Positions 28,848-38,226 of a DNA stretch of 64,000 nt are shown here, piece after piece. How positions within the stretch are numbered: position 1 is the stretch's first letter; each line of letters opens with the position of its first letter. A model generated the notes under the pieces. It was not told the DNA's origin and did not search any database. It was given only the letters and a program-made list of their open reading frames with translations. A program made the position numbers and the translations under genes. Source of the DNA: a virus; the IMG/VR virus record IMGVR_UViG_3300015199_000002, positions 1 to 64,000 of that record, one strand, 5' to 3'.

Positions 28848-30719
28848 CTACTGGTAATATTCTTCAATCACTATGAGGCCGGATCCACCGTTTCCGGCAT
28901 TGAAACTTCCGCCGGTTCCGTGTGTTCCGCCTGCGCCAACTGAATATAAATAACTCGATGCAGGGCTTGTGATTATGCCGACAACGGCCGCGCCGGCGCC
29001 TCCGCCTCCGCCAGTCACGATCGCAGTGCTGTTATTGAAGCCGCCGCCTCCGCCCGCTCCGCTATTAGCTGCGCCGTTATTAGAAGGGCCGCCAGCGCCA
29101 CCAAAAATTCCTGCTCCGCCCATACCGCCGGCAGTAGATACTGTGGTTGTCGCCAAAAATCCGCTGGCGCCGTCGCTCCCCGTTTGAGACACTACTTTAA
29201 CTGTGGTATTTGTAGAAATTAAGCCGCCAGCTCCGCCGGCAGCCCCATTTGGTCCGCTAGCTCCGCCGCTTCCTCCGTCTGCCGAAATAACAGAGCCGAA
29301 GGTTGTTGATGCACCACTATTGCCGTTATTACCGCCGGCGCCCGACTGGCCTCCAGCTCCACCGCCGCCTATGGCCGTGATCTTAATGTAGAGGGGGGCC
29401 GGGGAAGATGGCGTCAGATATGTTTGATTCGTACCAGAGGTGAATCTTTGCACCGTAGGGGCAATAGGACTTGCTAAAGAGCTTGCCCACTTGACGCCAA
29501 GCGCCTGCGCACTATCGGCAGTCAATACTGTCCCGTTTGCTCCGACAGGGATGCGAGCGTTTACTGTGTTGTAGCCTAGTAAATCCCCTTTAGTAGTGAG
29601 AGGGCTAAGCGCATTGAGACCAGCATTTGCCGTTGTCTGCCCTGTACCGCCTCGGCTGATTGCTATGGGGGTTGCGTTCCAGGAGCCAGTTGAAATTGAC
29701 CCGACCGTAGCAAGAGACGGCGCAGATGTCAGCGCTGATAGAGTAGCAAGGGTAGAGTTAGTGGTGGCGACTAAGCTTGTAGCAGTTGCCCCAGGGCCAG
29801 TTCCCGTTACGTCCCCAGTGAGAGATGTAACAGCGAATGACGAAGCAGAAGTCCAAGTCATAGGGCTAGAAGAGCCCCCTCCGCTAGTTAAAACCTGACC
29901 TGAAGTTCCTGCCGTTGAAGGGAGGTTAAAATTATATGAGCTGACTGCGGCGAGAGATAGCAGGGAAACAGTAGCGGAGCCGTTGACAAAATTGATGCCA
30001 AATCCGCCAAAGGAACTGATTGTGCCATTTAGATTCAGTCCTCCTGATAATATGAGGTTGCCGCCGTTAGAGCTTGCAGATAAAGCCGCGGTACCGCTTG
30101 AGGATCCTGGGATGTTAATCCCGTTGAAAGCGTTGATTACGCCAGTTGCGTTCAGTCCGCCGGAGGTTACTAAAAATCCTCCGTTAGTGCTGGCTGAAAT
30201 GGTAGCAGTGCCGCTTGAGGAGCCGGCTATGCTGATTGTTTGCCCTGCTGCAACGTTTGTATGCCCATTAATTTGCGCGGTTCCGCTTATGGTAGGATTT
30301 ACTATACTTGCATTTGATATAGTACCACCTGAAATGGTCGGTGCCGAAATCACAGCATTTAATAGCGAATTGCTATTTAGGTTGATGTTTGAGCCGAACA
30401 AGAAGTTGTTGCTCGAATCAAGAGTAAGACCTATATCCGCGTTGCCTCCGGCGTTTCGAAAATTGATGAATTGCGAATTTGCGAGCCTGAGTACTCCAGC
30501 CGAAGCGGCGCCATTAGCCGAGGATACAAAGTAAGGCGAGATCAAGCCGAAGTTTGGCCCGAAGTTTGCATCTGCTGTCAATACAAACGCACCGCCGCTC
30601 TTGGCCAAGACGCCGTTAGAGAGGGCGATTAAGTACGCAGATAGACTAGGGCCCCAGGCGCTATCGCCTACGGCCGGGATGCTGTAAGTTACATTATTTA
30701 ATACAACCGAAGTTGCCAA
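28848..30719 (-). CDS. Tail fibre with glycine-rich C-terminal domain
   Basis: AIGGGGAGG...GGSGLIVIEEY; TTG start. Confidence 0.8.
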   Translation of the reverse strand: MATSVVLNNVTYSIPAVGDSAWGPSLSAYLIALSNGVLAKSGGAFVLTADANFGPNFGLISPYFVSSANGAASAGVLRLANSQFINFRNAGGNADIGLTLDSSNNFLFGSNINLNSNSLLNAVISAPTISGGTISNASIVNPTISGTAQINGHTNVAAGQTISIAGSSSGTATISASTNGGFLVTSGGLNATGVINAFNGINIPGSSSGTAALSASSNGGNLILSGGLNLNGTISSFGGFGINFVNGSATVSLLSLAAVSSYNFNLPSTAGTSGQVLTSGGGSSSPMTWTSASSFAVTSLTGDVTGTGPGATATSLVATTNSTLATLSALTSAPSLATVGSISTGSWNATPIAISRGGTGQTTANAGLNALSPLTTKGDLLGYNTVNARIPVGANGTVLTADSAQALGVKWASSLASPIAPTVQRFTSGTNQTYLTPSSPAPLYIKITAIGGGGAGGQSGAGGNNGNSGASTTFGSVISADGGSGGASGPNGAAGGAGGLISTNTTVKVVSQTGSDGASGFLATTTVSTAGGMGGAGIFGGAGGPSNNGAANSGAGGGGGFNNSTAIVTGGGGGAGAAVVGIITSPASSYLYSVGAGGTHGTGGSFNAGNGGSGLIVIEEYYQ

Positions 30720-30768
30720 GTGGGTATCCTATTCTTTTCTGGGCTCTATCCGTGAGCCCACAACCTAA

Positions 30769-30776
30769 AAGGGACA
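30769..30776 (-). promoter_or_regulatory. TGTCCCTT motif followed by hairpin
   Basis: Motif, then TGGGCTC/GAGCCCA stem at 30740-30760. Confidence 0.55.
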
Positions 30777-30784
30777 GGAACCTA

Positions 30785-32347
30785 CTAGAAGCCCAAATGG
30801 TAGGTGTTTAAGGCACTGACCGTAGTTGGGGCAGCTCCGCCTGTTAACCTAGCGCCGCTGGCGCTCACTCCGCCAGTCCCTGAGATGGTGGTCATGTTCC
30901 CGTAAATACCGGGGGCTATGGCGGTTAAAGTAACCACCGAGCTTGGGCTATTCGTAGGAGTAGCCAAAGTGTCCGTATTCGTGTCAAACGTGATCGCACC
31001 GGTGCGTGCCATCGCAGCTCCTGTGATGGTCGCTCCCGTGTTGAACGTGATGCTTGCAAGGGCGACGATAATGCCCTTCATTACAGACGTGGTTCCAAGA
31101 GTCGCCGAACTGCCGACTTGCCAGAACACGTTACCTGCCTGAGCTCCGCCTGTGAGTACCACAGACGCCGCAGAGGCCGCCGTCAACGTGCTTCCGATTT
31201 GGAACACGAATGTGTCATTAGCGCCACCGTGTAGGGTGAGCGTTCCGGTCAACTGAGCAGAGGTGTTAAACGTATACACACCAGGAGCGAGTGTCATTCC
31301 GCCCAGGTTCTGTCCAGAGAGGTTCTCGTTCGAGGGAAGAGCTGCTAGGTAGTTGTAGATCGACGTTGCAGCAACCTGAGCATTAGCCGCTGCCGTATTA
31401 GCAACGTCCGATGACCCAGATACGGTAGGAGCGCCCGTTACAGAGGTTCCGGGGCTGAGTGCCAAAGAGCCCGTAATAGTTGTGCTACCGGTGTTTGTGA
31501 TCGTCGAGGAAGCAATTGCAGCGTAAGTTGCTGCAGCTCCCATAACAGGGGCAAGAGGCCCTGCACCAGGAGTTCCGCCAACCGGCTTAACTACCGAGGT
31601 AACGAACGGGTTAATGCTCGTATTGGCCGCGATAGCCGCAGACAGGTTAGCCGCCGTTTCTGCGTCTGTAAAGCCTTGCTCGTACTGAACGCTGCTTACA
31701 GCGCTTCCCGTGATCGTGTGCGTGAAGGTGAAGCTTGTCGGAGCAGATCCGTCAGCAACCGCGGTAGCGACGCCAGCAGCGTTATTGGTAACGATAACAT
31801 GACCAGAAGCTCCTGAGGTAAGCGTTACGTTGACTGTAGGTAGAGCAGCGGCAGCAGCAACCGTAGCTAGAGCAAGAGTAGCGGCAGAGGCATTAGTAGC
31901 ACCTGCAACCATGATGCCCGTTCGGCTAGCAGGAGCAGGGTCAACGCCCGCGCCGTTAATGTTGTACCAAACATAGTACTTATGCGCCGCTGATTGGTCT
32001 TGGAAAATGAAAAATTTACTGTTCAAACTGCCGGCAGTGTCTGCAGTCAGCGTAATGTTTGTCGTATCTCTGTGATCGACATCTGTCAGGGTAACTCCGT
32101 TAATGATCGCTGTGTTACCAGCTGCGCTTCCTGATAGAGTCAAAGTGCCGCTAGCGAGCACTGCGTCGCCAGAGTTAACTTGGGAGGTGAAATAGCAGTC
32201 GCGGTTGCCGATTGAGGCGGCGGAGAAGAACCTTGCTGCGTATACGGCTTCGACTCGAGGTTTCGAGGACGGGCGAAGGAGGAGATCCTTACACGTCTGA
32301 AAAGCTTCTGTTCTGTGAGTGATTACGAGAGTAGTTTGGTTAGGCAT
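30785..32347 (-). CDS. Probable virion decoration protein carrying a DUF3494 ice-binding-like domain
   Basis: LGGMTLAPGVY...FVFQIGSTL...GGAQAGNVFWQVGSSATLGT...GAITFDTN; gene directly after MCP; no signal peptide. Confidence 0.85.
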   Translation of the reverse strand: MPNQTTLVITHRTEAFQTCKDLLLRPSSKPRVEAVYAARFFSAASIGNRDCYFTSQVNSGDAVLASGTLTLSGSAAGNTAIINGVTLTDVDHRDTTNITLTADTAGSLNSKFFIFQDQSAAHKYYVWYNINGAGVDPAPASRTGIMVAGATNASAATLALATVAAAAALPTVNVTLTSGASGHVIVTNNAAGVATAVADGSAPTSFTFTHTITGSAVSSVQYEQGFTDAETAANLSAAIAANTSINPFVTSVVKPVGGTPGAGPLAPVMGAAATYAAIASSTITNTGSTTITGSLALSPGTSVTGAPTVSGSSDVANTAAANAQVAATSIYNYLAALPSNENLSGQNLGGMTLAPGVYTFNTSAQLTGTLTLHGGANDTFVFQIGSTLTAASAASVVLTGGAQAGNVFWQVGSSATLGTTSVMKGIIVALASITFNTGATITGAAMARTGAITFDTNTDTLATPTNSPSSVVTLTAIAPGIYGNMTTISGTGGVSASGARLTGGAAPTTVSALNTYHLGF

Positions 32348-32415
32348 TGTCTTATTTCCTTATGACCCCGGGATTTTTTTGAACAGCGCGTTTGGGGCAA
32401 TAGTACTGTTCGTTT

Positions 32416-32459
32416 AAAAAAGAGTCAGGGCCAGCAAGCGTTTTAAGCTTGCCAGCCCT
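32416..32459 (-). terminator. Intrinsic terminator after MCP
   Basis: 13-bp stem AGGGCTGGCAAGC/GCTTGCTGGCCCT, then GACTCTTTTTT. Confidence 0.7.
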
Positions 32460-32475
32460 AACTATTACCTAACAA

Positions 32476-33762
32476 TTAAGTAGGTTGGATCTGCGTGAAC
32501 TTAACAGTGTGGGCAGGAGCTTCGATCAAGATAGCTTGATCGGTATAAGCTCTGGTTACCCATCCGTTCGTGCTCTGGTTCTGGAACAGATATTCTTCTT
32601 GTCCAGTCGGCCCTTCGCCGCGGAACGAGATGTCCGTCGAACCAACGCGTTGGATGATGTCAAGAGGAAGCGCGAACGCATCGCCTGACTTCACCATCGG
32701 GTGTGGTACGAGTTCGATCACGCCATTCTGTCCGTAGAATGTAACCGTTTCAAAGCCGTTTTCAGCCTTCTTCTTGGAATAGCTGCCGTCAAACTTACGT
32801 TGAGCCGCGAGGTCAGACATAATGTTTGCGAACGAGTCTGGGTTCATGAGAAGAGCAACGTCTTCCATCAAACCACGACCGACTGCGAGAGCGAGACCCG
32901 AGAGGATTTTACCCATCGAGAATTCTGCAGTTCCGCAAGGATAGATGTTACCCTGCCAGAGATTGTAGGTCGTAGCGTTAATGTTGAACAACGTTCCGGT
33001 GTTCGTCATGATGGCGTCGATGCCCGTCATTTCGTTACCGAAGGCGCCGTAGAAGAAGAACGTAGCCGCGAGGCCTGCTCCGTCGACGGCCGTCAAGTCA
33101 GCGCTGTTTCCAGAAACGGAAATAGTGTGAAGTGAAGCGTTGACTGCAGTCACAACGATAGCAGCGTTCGTGTTCAGCTGTGAAGAGACGTTATACGCAT
33201 CGAGAGACGCGTTTTCCATCCCAGACCAGATTCCGTTTGCCCAAGTGGCAGGAGAAATCGTATAAGTACGAGTTCCGCCTGAACCAGAGGTAGAAAGAAC
33301 CTGACCGATACCGGTAGAAGATCCACCGTAAATCAGAGCAATTTCAACGCGCTTCGTTGCAGAGAGCTTCATGCGTTCCATCAAGAGACGGACAGCTTGC
33401 TCTACGCAAGTTTCGCCTTTTGACTGGGCGCGGGACACGGCGCCGTAGCTGATGCCGGACTGGAGCGTGAGCTCCGAGCCAGGAATCTGAGCATCTTGCA
33501 TTTGCATGCTGATTGCGCTGTTGAGGTTGTAGTTGAGCGCCGAGTTCCCACCGTAGGTGAAACCGTGCTCGTCTGAGACCACGACCGGGAGGTGGTACTT
33601 GTCCCCTAGGAGCGCCGCTCGAGCGAACGGAAGACGCTTCTGGAGAATACCCCAATCTGGAATTAAGTCTTTAACTTCACGGGAATAGATCTGTCTGAAG
33701 AGACCGTTTAGGGTCGCTCCGACGTTGGTATTTGTGCCCTGGTTCGAAGATGGTTGAGCCAT
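32476..33762 (-). CDS. Major capsid protein
   Basis: 428 aa; TLNGLFRQIY N-terminus; own upstream motif, leader and terminator; strong codon bias by eye. Confidence 0.8.
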   Translation of the reverse strand: MAQPSSNQGTNTNVGATLNGLFRQIYSREVKDLIPDWGILQKRLPFARAALLGDKYHLPVVVSDEHGFTYGGNSALNYNLNSAISMQMQDAQIPGSELTLQSGISYGAVSRAQSKGETCVEQAVRLLMERMKLSATKRVEIALIYGGSSTGIGQVLSTSGSGGTRTYTISPATWANGIWSGMENASLDAYNVSSQLNTNAAIVVTAVNASLHTISVSGNSADLTAVDGAGLAATFFFYGAFGNEMTGIDAIMTNTGTLFNINATTYNLWQGNIYPCGTAEFSMGKILSGLALAVGRGLMEDVALLMNPDSFANIMSDLAAQRKFDGSYSKKKAENGFETVTFYGQNGVIELVPHPMVKSGDAFALPLDIIQRVGSTDISFRGEGPTGQEEYLFQNQSTNGWVTRAYTDQAILIEAPAHTVKFTQIQPT

Positions 33763-33931
33763 TTTATTGAAATCCTTTGTTATTACCGAGTTGCTCAGTA
33801 AATTATTAGTTAAACTATTTATTGCTTAATTTGCTGGGTAGGACTAGCCATCCATTTGTGCAAATAAGGCCTAAGTGCTTCTCGCTCATCGCATTGCGCG
33901 GTAGAACGAGGACTCAAAGTCCTCATTGTAC

Positions 33932-33939
33932 AAGGGACA
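33932..33939 (-). promoter_or_regulatory. TGTCCCTT motif heading a ~170-nt MCP leader
   Basis: Motif, then GAGGACT/AGTCCTC hairpin at 33908-33924. Confidence 0.55.
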
Positions 33940-34058
33940 GGATCCCGGGGTAAATATTGACACTCTACTATTTATTCGTATTAGCCTGTAATTAAGCGTA
34001 CTTAGGATATAAGTTTTTTCTTTTTATATTAATGAAAATGTGGTATTTTGGTAAAAGC

Positions 34059-34844
34059 ATGAAAACGTGCGTAAAGTGCAACACTAAAGAAGCCGCGCTA
34101 CGATACATAGGGAAAACTTGCTATACGTGTTACCGCAAAACCTACGTGGAAGGGCGTAAAGAAAAAATAAGAGCCCAGCGTAAAGCCAATTATGATGCAC
34201 ATAGGGGAGAAAGAAAGGCCTCCAGAATCGCCTACTACCGTGCGCACAAAGAAGAAGAGCTGGCCCGTCAAAAGAATTACCGGGATGCCCACAGAGAAGA
34301 AATAAGGGACTATGCTAGGGCACATAAAGGAGAAAGAAAGGCCTACCACAAAGCATACAATCAGGCGCATAAAGAACAAAAAAGAGCATGGCATAAAGCC
34401 AATGATCATATGCGCAAAGAAGAAAGAAAGGCCTATCGTAAGGTCTACAGGCAAGAAAATAAAGAAAAAATAAGGGAGTATAATAAGGCCTATGATCGGG
34501 ACTATACAAGAAAACGCCGCACAGTTGACATTCAATTTAAAATCAGGCTTAACCTAAGATCTCGACTTCATGCCGTGCTTAAAGGAAAAATAAAAGTCGG
34601 CTCGGCGGTCACAGACCTCGGCTGCTCCGTAGAAGATCTTAAAAAGCACCTAGAAAGCCAGTTCTCCCCAGGCATGAGCTGGGAAAATTATGGAAATAAA
34701 GAGGGTCAATGGAGTATAGATCACATCTTTCCGTTATCTAAAGCTGACTTAACTGACAAAGAACAATTCTTAAAAGTTTGTCATTACACTAATTTACAGC
34801 CCTTGTGGCACCTCGACAACATGCGCAAAGGAAACAAAGTTTAG
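34059..34844 (+). CDS. HNH/endonuclease VII-like protein, antisense to the late region
   Basis: Basic helical repeats, then MSWENYG...WSIDHIFP...HYTNLQPLW..N..KGNK; start may be 34032. Confidence 0.85.
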   Translation: MKTCVKCNTKEAALRYIGKTCYTCYRKTYVEGRKEKIRAQRKANYDAHRGERKASRIAYYRAHKEEELARQKNYRDAHREEIRDYARAHKGERKAYHKAYNQAHKEQKRAWHKANDHMRKEERKAYRKVYRQENKEKIREYNKAYDRDYTRKRRTVDIQFKIRLNLRSRLHAVLKGKIKVGSAVTDLGCSVEDLKKHLESQFSPGMSWENYGNKEGQWSIDHIFPLSKADLTDKEQFLKVCHYTNLQPLWHLDNMRKGNKV

Positions 34845-34983
34845 ATTTACAGTGCTTTACAATAGTTTACAGTACTTTACATACCATAAACCATAAAACG
34901 CGTATCTACTTGATTTTATTAAACTACGCGAGCAGGGCCTACGAAATAACAACTCCCCTGCCCGCGTCTCGTGCTAGCGCTGT

Positions 34984-35127
34984 CTAAAAGTAGCCCGCCA
35001 TCTTGAGCCCTAATATAGCAAGTTGCGATAAATTGATCCCAATCGAGATCATCAGGTACTTCCGGTAAGGGATGACCTGCTTATTCTTAGGAACGTCTTT
35101 GATGTCGGTGTACATTATTGTTGCCAT
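34984..35127 (-). CDS. Small protein with C-terminal hydrophobic segment (47 aa)
   Basis: Manual: MATIMYTDIKDVPKNKQVIPYRKYLMISIGINLSQLAILGLKMAGYF; starts 2 nt after upstream stop. Confidence 0.55.
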   Translation of the reverse strand: MATIMYTDIKDVPKNKQVIPYRKYLMISIGINLSQLAILGLKMAGYF

Positions 35128-35129
35128 GA

Positions 35130-35666
35130 TTAGTCTCTGGTACCGGTTAATTCGAACAGCTCGGGATGAGCTTTAAAGATATTCTGCAAGTCTTGTGGGG
35201 CTATAGAGCCCTCTCCGTACCCGGATAGGACGTTGGACAACCCGCAGGCCTTTAAATACGCCACGCAAAGCTGAGAGCAGATCATTCCCTGAGAAAACCA
35301 GTTGTTCTTCGCTTTAATGTCCTTACCGAACAATAGGCAAAGCGCTCTCCACATAAAGTAGGGGTATTGTAGGAACCCGTAAGAAATCTCAAGGTCGCTA
35401 AGAATGGAGATGATGGCTTTGTCCTTTACGGTCTGGTCTATTTTAATAGTCCATATTTCATACCCTTGCTCGGGGTTGTATATGTAACTATTATCAAATC
35501 TGGTAAAATCTACGCCGACTTCAGCGGCTTCAATGCACATCGGGACGCCTAAAATATCGGGGGTAGTGACTAGGCTGTGGCTAAATTTTGATTTTGTGAA
35601 TTTTTTAATTGCCTGAGCAACAAAGCCGGTTTTAGAACTGGCTAAAACTATATCGCCGTAGTCCAT
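35130..35666 (-). CDS. Permuted papain-like NlpC/P60 (YiiX/YaeF-type) hydrolase
   Basis: GDIVL...SKFSH...ICSQL...IAPQDL, with His before Cys. Confidence 0.8.
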   Translation of the reverse strand: MDYGDIVLASSKTGFVAQAIKKFTKSKFSHSLVTTPDILGVPMCIEAAEVGVDFTRFDNSYIYNPEQGYEIWTIKIDQTVKDKAIISILSDLEISYGFLQYPYFMWRALCLLFGKDIKAKNNWFSQGMICSQLCVAYLKACGLSNVLSGYGEGSIAPQDLQNIFKAHPELFELTGTRD

Positions 35667-35669
35667 AAG

Positions 35670-36341
35670 TTAACCTTGTATAGCCCATTCAATGTTAATA
35701 AAAAGCTTACCTGTAGTTATACCATTAGCTTTTTTAGCTACAATTTTCATATAGAATCCAGAAGGAGCAAATCCGTAATAACCTATAGTTTCAGCTTTTA
35801 AAGTTCCGCGCACTGGGGGTAAATACCATCCTTGGTTTGCTAAAGGAGCGGCGTCATCGGTATAACTACCAATGACAGCATCAACTCCACCACCTAGGAT
35901 ATTGTCGTGATCAACAAACCAAACTCCCAAAATCTTATCGCCAGCTGTTGGGGCATCGAAAAATGCTTCCCCTGAATTGATAAATCTACCCTTGCCAGAT
36001 CCAGGGGTTCCTGGAACCAACATTAAAATAGTTGCGGTGCTGTCTGATTGAACATCTCCTTCACCGCAGAAAAGTTTTAATGTTTTATTTGGAATTTCAA
36101 ATTGAGTTGTTACTGAGGTTAAAGTTGGTAAAATAGGGGCGTTAGCTGTTGGTTTAAAATTAGTTTCAAAATCAGACTGGTCCGAACTTGCAGGACCGGT
36201 AATAGAAATTTGACCGCTTACTTCAGCTTGCCCATCTATCGCCCAAAGGTAATAAGTATCGGATGTTTGTACATATTGGATGCTTAAATTTCTTTCTTGA
36301 GCGAAACTCTTGAGTGTTGCCCAATCTACTCCGATTTGCAT
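35670..36341 (-). CDS. Putative structural protein
   Basis: Within fibre block; SDFETNFK motif. Confidence 0.6.
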   Translation of the reverse strand: MQIGVDWATLKSFAQERNLSIQYVQTSDTYYLWAIDGQAEVSGQISITGPASSDQSDFETNFKPTANAPILPTLTSVTTQFEIPNKTLKLFCGEGDVQSDSTATILMLVPGTPGSGKGRFINSGEAFFDAPTAGDKILGVWFVDHDNILGGGVDAVIGSYTDDAAPLANQGWYLPPVRGTLKAETIGYYGFAPSGFYMKIVAKKANGITTGKLFINIEWAIQG

Positions 36342-36350
36342 AAATACCTC

Positions 36351-38165
36351 TTAATACTCATATCCGCTAATTGATACTTTACCGTAACCAACGGCTGCTG
36401 CTGTTCCGGTAGCCCCGATGCCTTGGATAGTAATCCCTATTCCGGTTCCGCCGGCGAACTCTAGTCCATCCGGTATCTCTATTACCATTGCTTGAGATAT
36501 GCCTGCTGTAGCTGAAGCTGCTCCTATAGACCAAGAATCAACCAATGGAGAACCGAGAGCTACGACGCCGGATAAGTTTGCTCTCATATTTACCTGAATG
36601 GTTCCTGCTGTAGTTATCGCTACATATGTTATTGTAATTTTCTGGATACGATAAGTTTTTCCTGTAGTAACAACTGCGGGGGTAGTGGTTGCTCCAACAG
36701 CAGCACCAGACTTATATCCAGTTAAAGATTGTAGTGTTTCTGTATTAGTAGAAACTACCTGAGCTGCCATGAAAAGATTAGAAATATTTCTTCCTGTATC
36801 TTTTTGATCTTGTGTAGAAACTGCATACGTACTTTGAGTATTTTTAGCGTTAATTGGTAATTCTCTGACGTTGGTGCCGTCAGTTCCGCCTACTTGCACA
36901 GGGTTGCCGCTAATTGCCGACCCAGCTGCAGTTGTTCCCACAACCTGAGCATTTAGTGCAGATGCGGTAGCATTAAATACCTGTACTGAGGAGACCCCGG
37001 CCCCGGCGTTCCAAGCAACAGTAGCTGTGCCTGATGTGTACGTACTGCACCTAAATCTAACCTGCTGAAATCCTCCACAAGGGATCATAAAGAGACCGGG
37101 AGAATTTAGCGAAGGTAATATAATCGGGGAACTCTGTACCTGGATCGCCTCAATTGCAGTCCAGTTTGTACCGTCTGCGGTCGCTTCGGGACTTAAAACA
37201 AGAGTAAATGTTCCGGTAACTTGAAAGTTAATTGTTGAACATCCGTTTACCGTTGCGGTTACTGCTCCGTTCAGAGCATTTATTGTCCCGGAGCCACTCT
37301 TATCTAAAAAGGTGTTGATGCCGGTTTGGTCGGTAGGCAGAACTGCTCTAATAACCTGAGCAGATGTTGTTCCACTTCCAAATAGAGCAGCTCCGGTTGA
37401 GTTACCAATTTGCGCCGCAGTTCTTAGGGTTTGGCCCCCCACTGTGCCGAAATTGAAATCGGCGGCTCCTGTGGCGTTTCCTATCTCAGCTGCAGTTCTA
37501 AGAGTTTGCGCTCCAACAGTTCCGAAGTTAAAATCAGCTGCACCTGTTGCGTTACCGATTTGGGCAGCGGATCTTAGAGTATTTGCTCCAACCGCACCAT
37601 AGTTTTCATCGTACGGGAAGGGTGCTGGAGGCTCTCCGGACCCCGCATTCCAGCTAACGGTGGCCGTTCCTGACGTGTATGAAGAACAGCGGAGTCTAAC
37701 CTGTTGGAATCCTCCGCAATCAATCCGGAAGAGACCTGGAGAATTTAGCGAGGAGATTACGAAAGAGGCATACTGAACCTGTACTATAGAAATCGCAGTC
37801 CAGTTTGTACCGTCAGCTGTTCCCTCCGGACTCAAAACAAGGCTAAATGTTCCGGTAACTTGAAAATATGTTGTGGAACAACCATTGACTGTCTCAGTTA
37901 TTGTTGCGTTTAATGCTGATATTGTTCCAGATCCAGATTTGTCTAGAAAAGTGTTAATTCCGGTTTGATTAGATGATAGAGTAACTGGAAGAGAAGCTGC
38001 CATTAAACCTTGGCCTACGCTAATAGCGTTCCCCGATCCATCGTTTAAATTTGTTGGTACGTGGCCAGTTGAAGTTACTTCTAACCAGTTATCTTCAACA
38101 CCAGAAGAATTAGAGCCTACTATTTTAACGGATTGTGATGCTTGCGCCTCAGTAAGATCTGCCAT
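36351..38165 (-). CDS. Repeat-containing fibre/structural protein
   Basis: Duplicated ~115-aa module starting QTGINTFLDKSGSG, flanking 23-aa AAQIGNATGAADFN repeats. Confidence 0.7.
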   Translation of the reverse strand: MADLTEAQASQSVKIVGSNSSGVEDNWLEVTSTGHVPTNLNDGSGNAISVGQGLMAASLPVTLSSNQTGINTFLDKSGSGTISALNATITETVNGCSTTYFQVTGTFSLVLSPEGTADGTNWTAISIVQVQYASFVISSLNSPGLFRIDCGGFQQVRLRCSSYTSGTATVSWNAGSGEPPAPFPYDENYGAVGANTLRSAAQIGNATGAADFNFGTVGAQTLRTAAEIGNATGAADFNFGTVGGQTLRTAAQIGNSTGAALFGSGTTSAQVIRAVLPTDQTGINTFLDKSGSGTINALNGAVTATVNGCSTINFQVTGTFTLVLSPEATADGTNWTAIEAIQVQSSPIILPSLNSPGLFMIPCGGFQQVRFRCSTYTSGTATVAWNAGAGVSSVQVFNATASALNAQVVGTTAAGSAISGNPVQVGGTDGTNVRELPINAKNTQSTYAVSTQDQKDTGRNISNLFMAAQVVSTNTETLQSLTGYKSGAAVGATTTPAVVTTGKTYRIQKITITYVAITTAGTIQVNMRANLSGVVALGSPLVDSWSIGAASATAGISQAMVIEIPDGLEFAGGTGIGITIQGIGATGTAAAVGYGKVSISGYEY

Positions 38166-38181
38166 TTAAAACTCTTAGTTT

Positions 38182-38216
38182 AAAAAAATAAGGGGGAGAA
38201 GAAGATTCTTCTCCCC
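38182..38216 (-). terminator. Intrinsic terminator
   Basis: GGGGAGAAGAA/TTCTTCTCCCC stem, then T-rich tail on minus strand. Confidence 0.65.
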
Positions 38217-38226
38217 AAGTTTTATA

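Noticed and set aside
22012-31142. Many plus-strand Val/Pro-rich ORFs
   Set aside because: Antisense shadows of Thr/Gly-rich fibre genes
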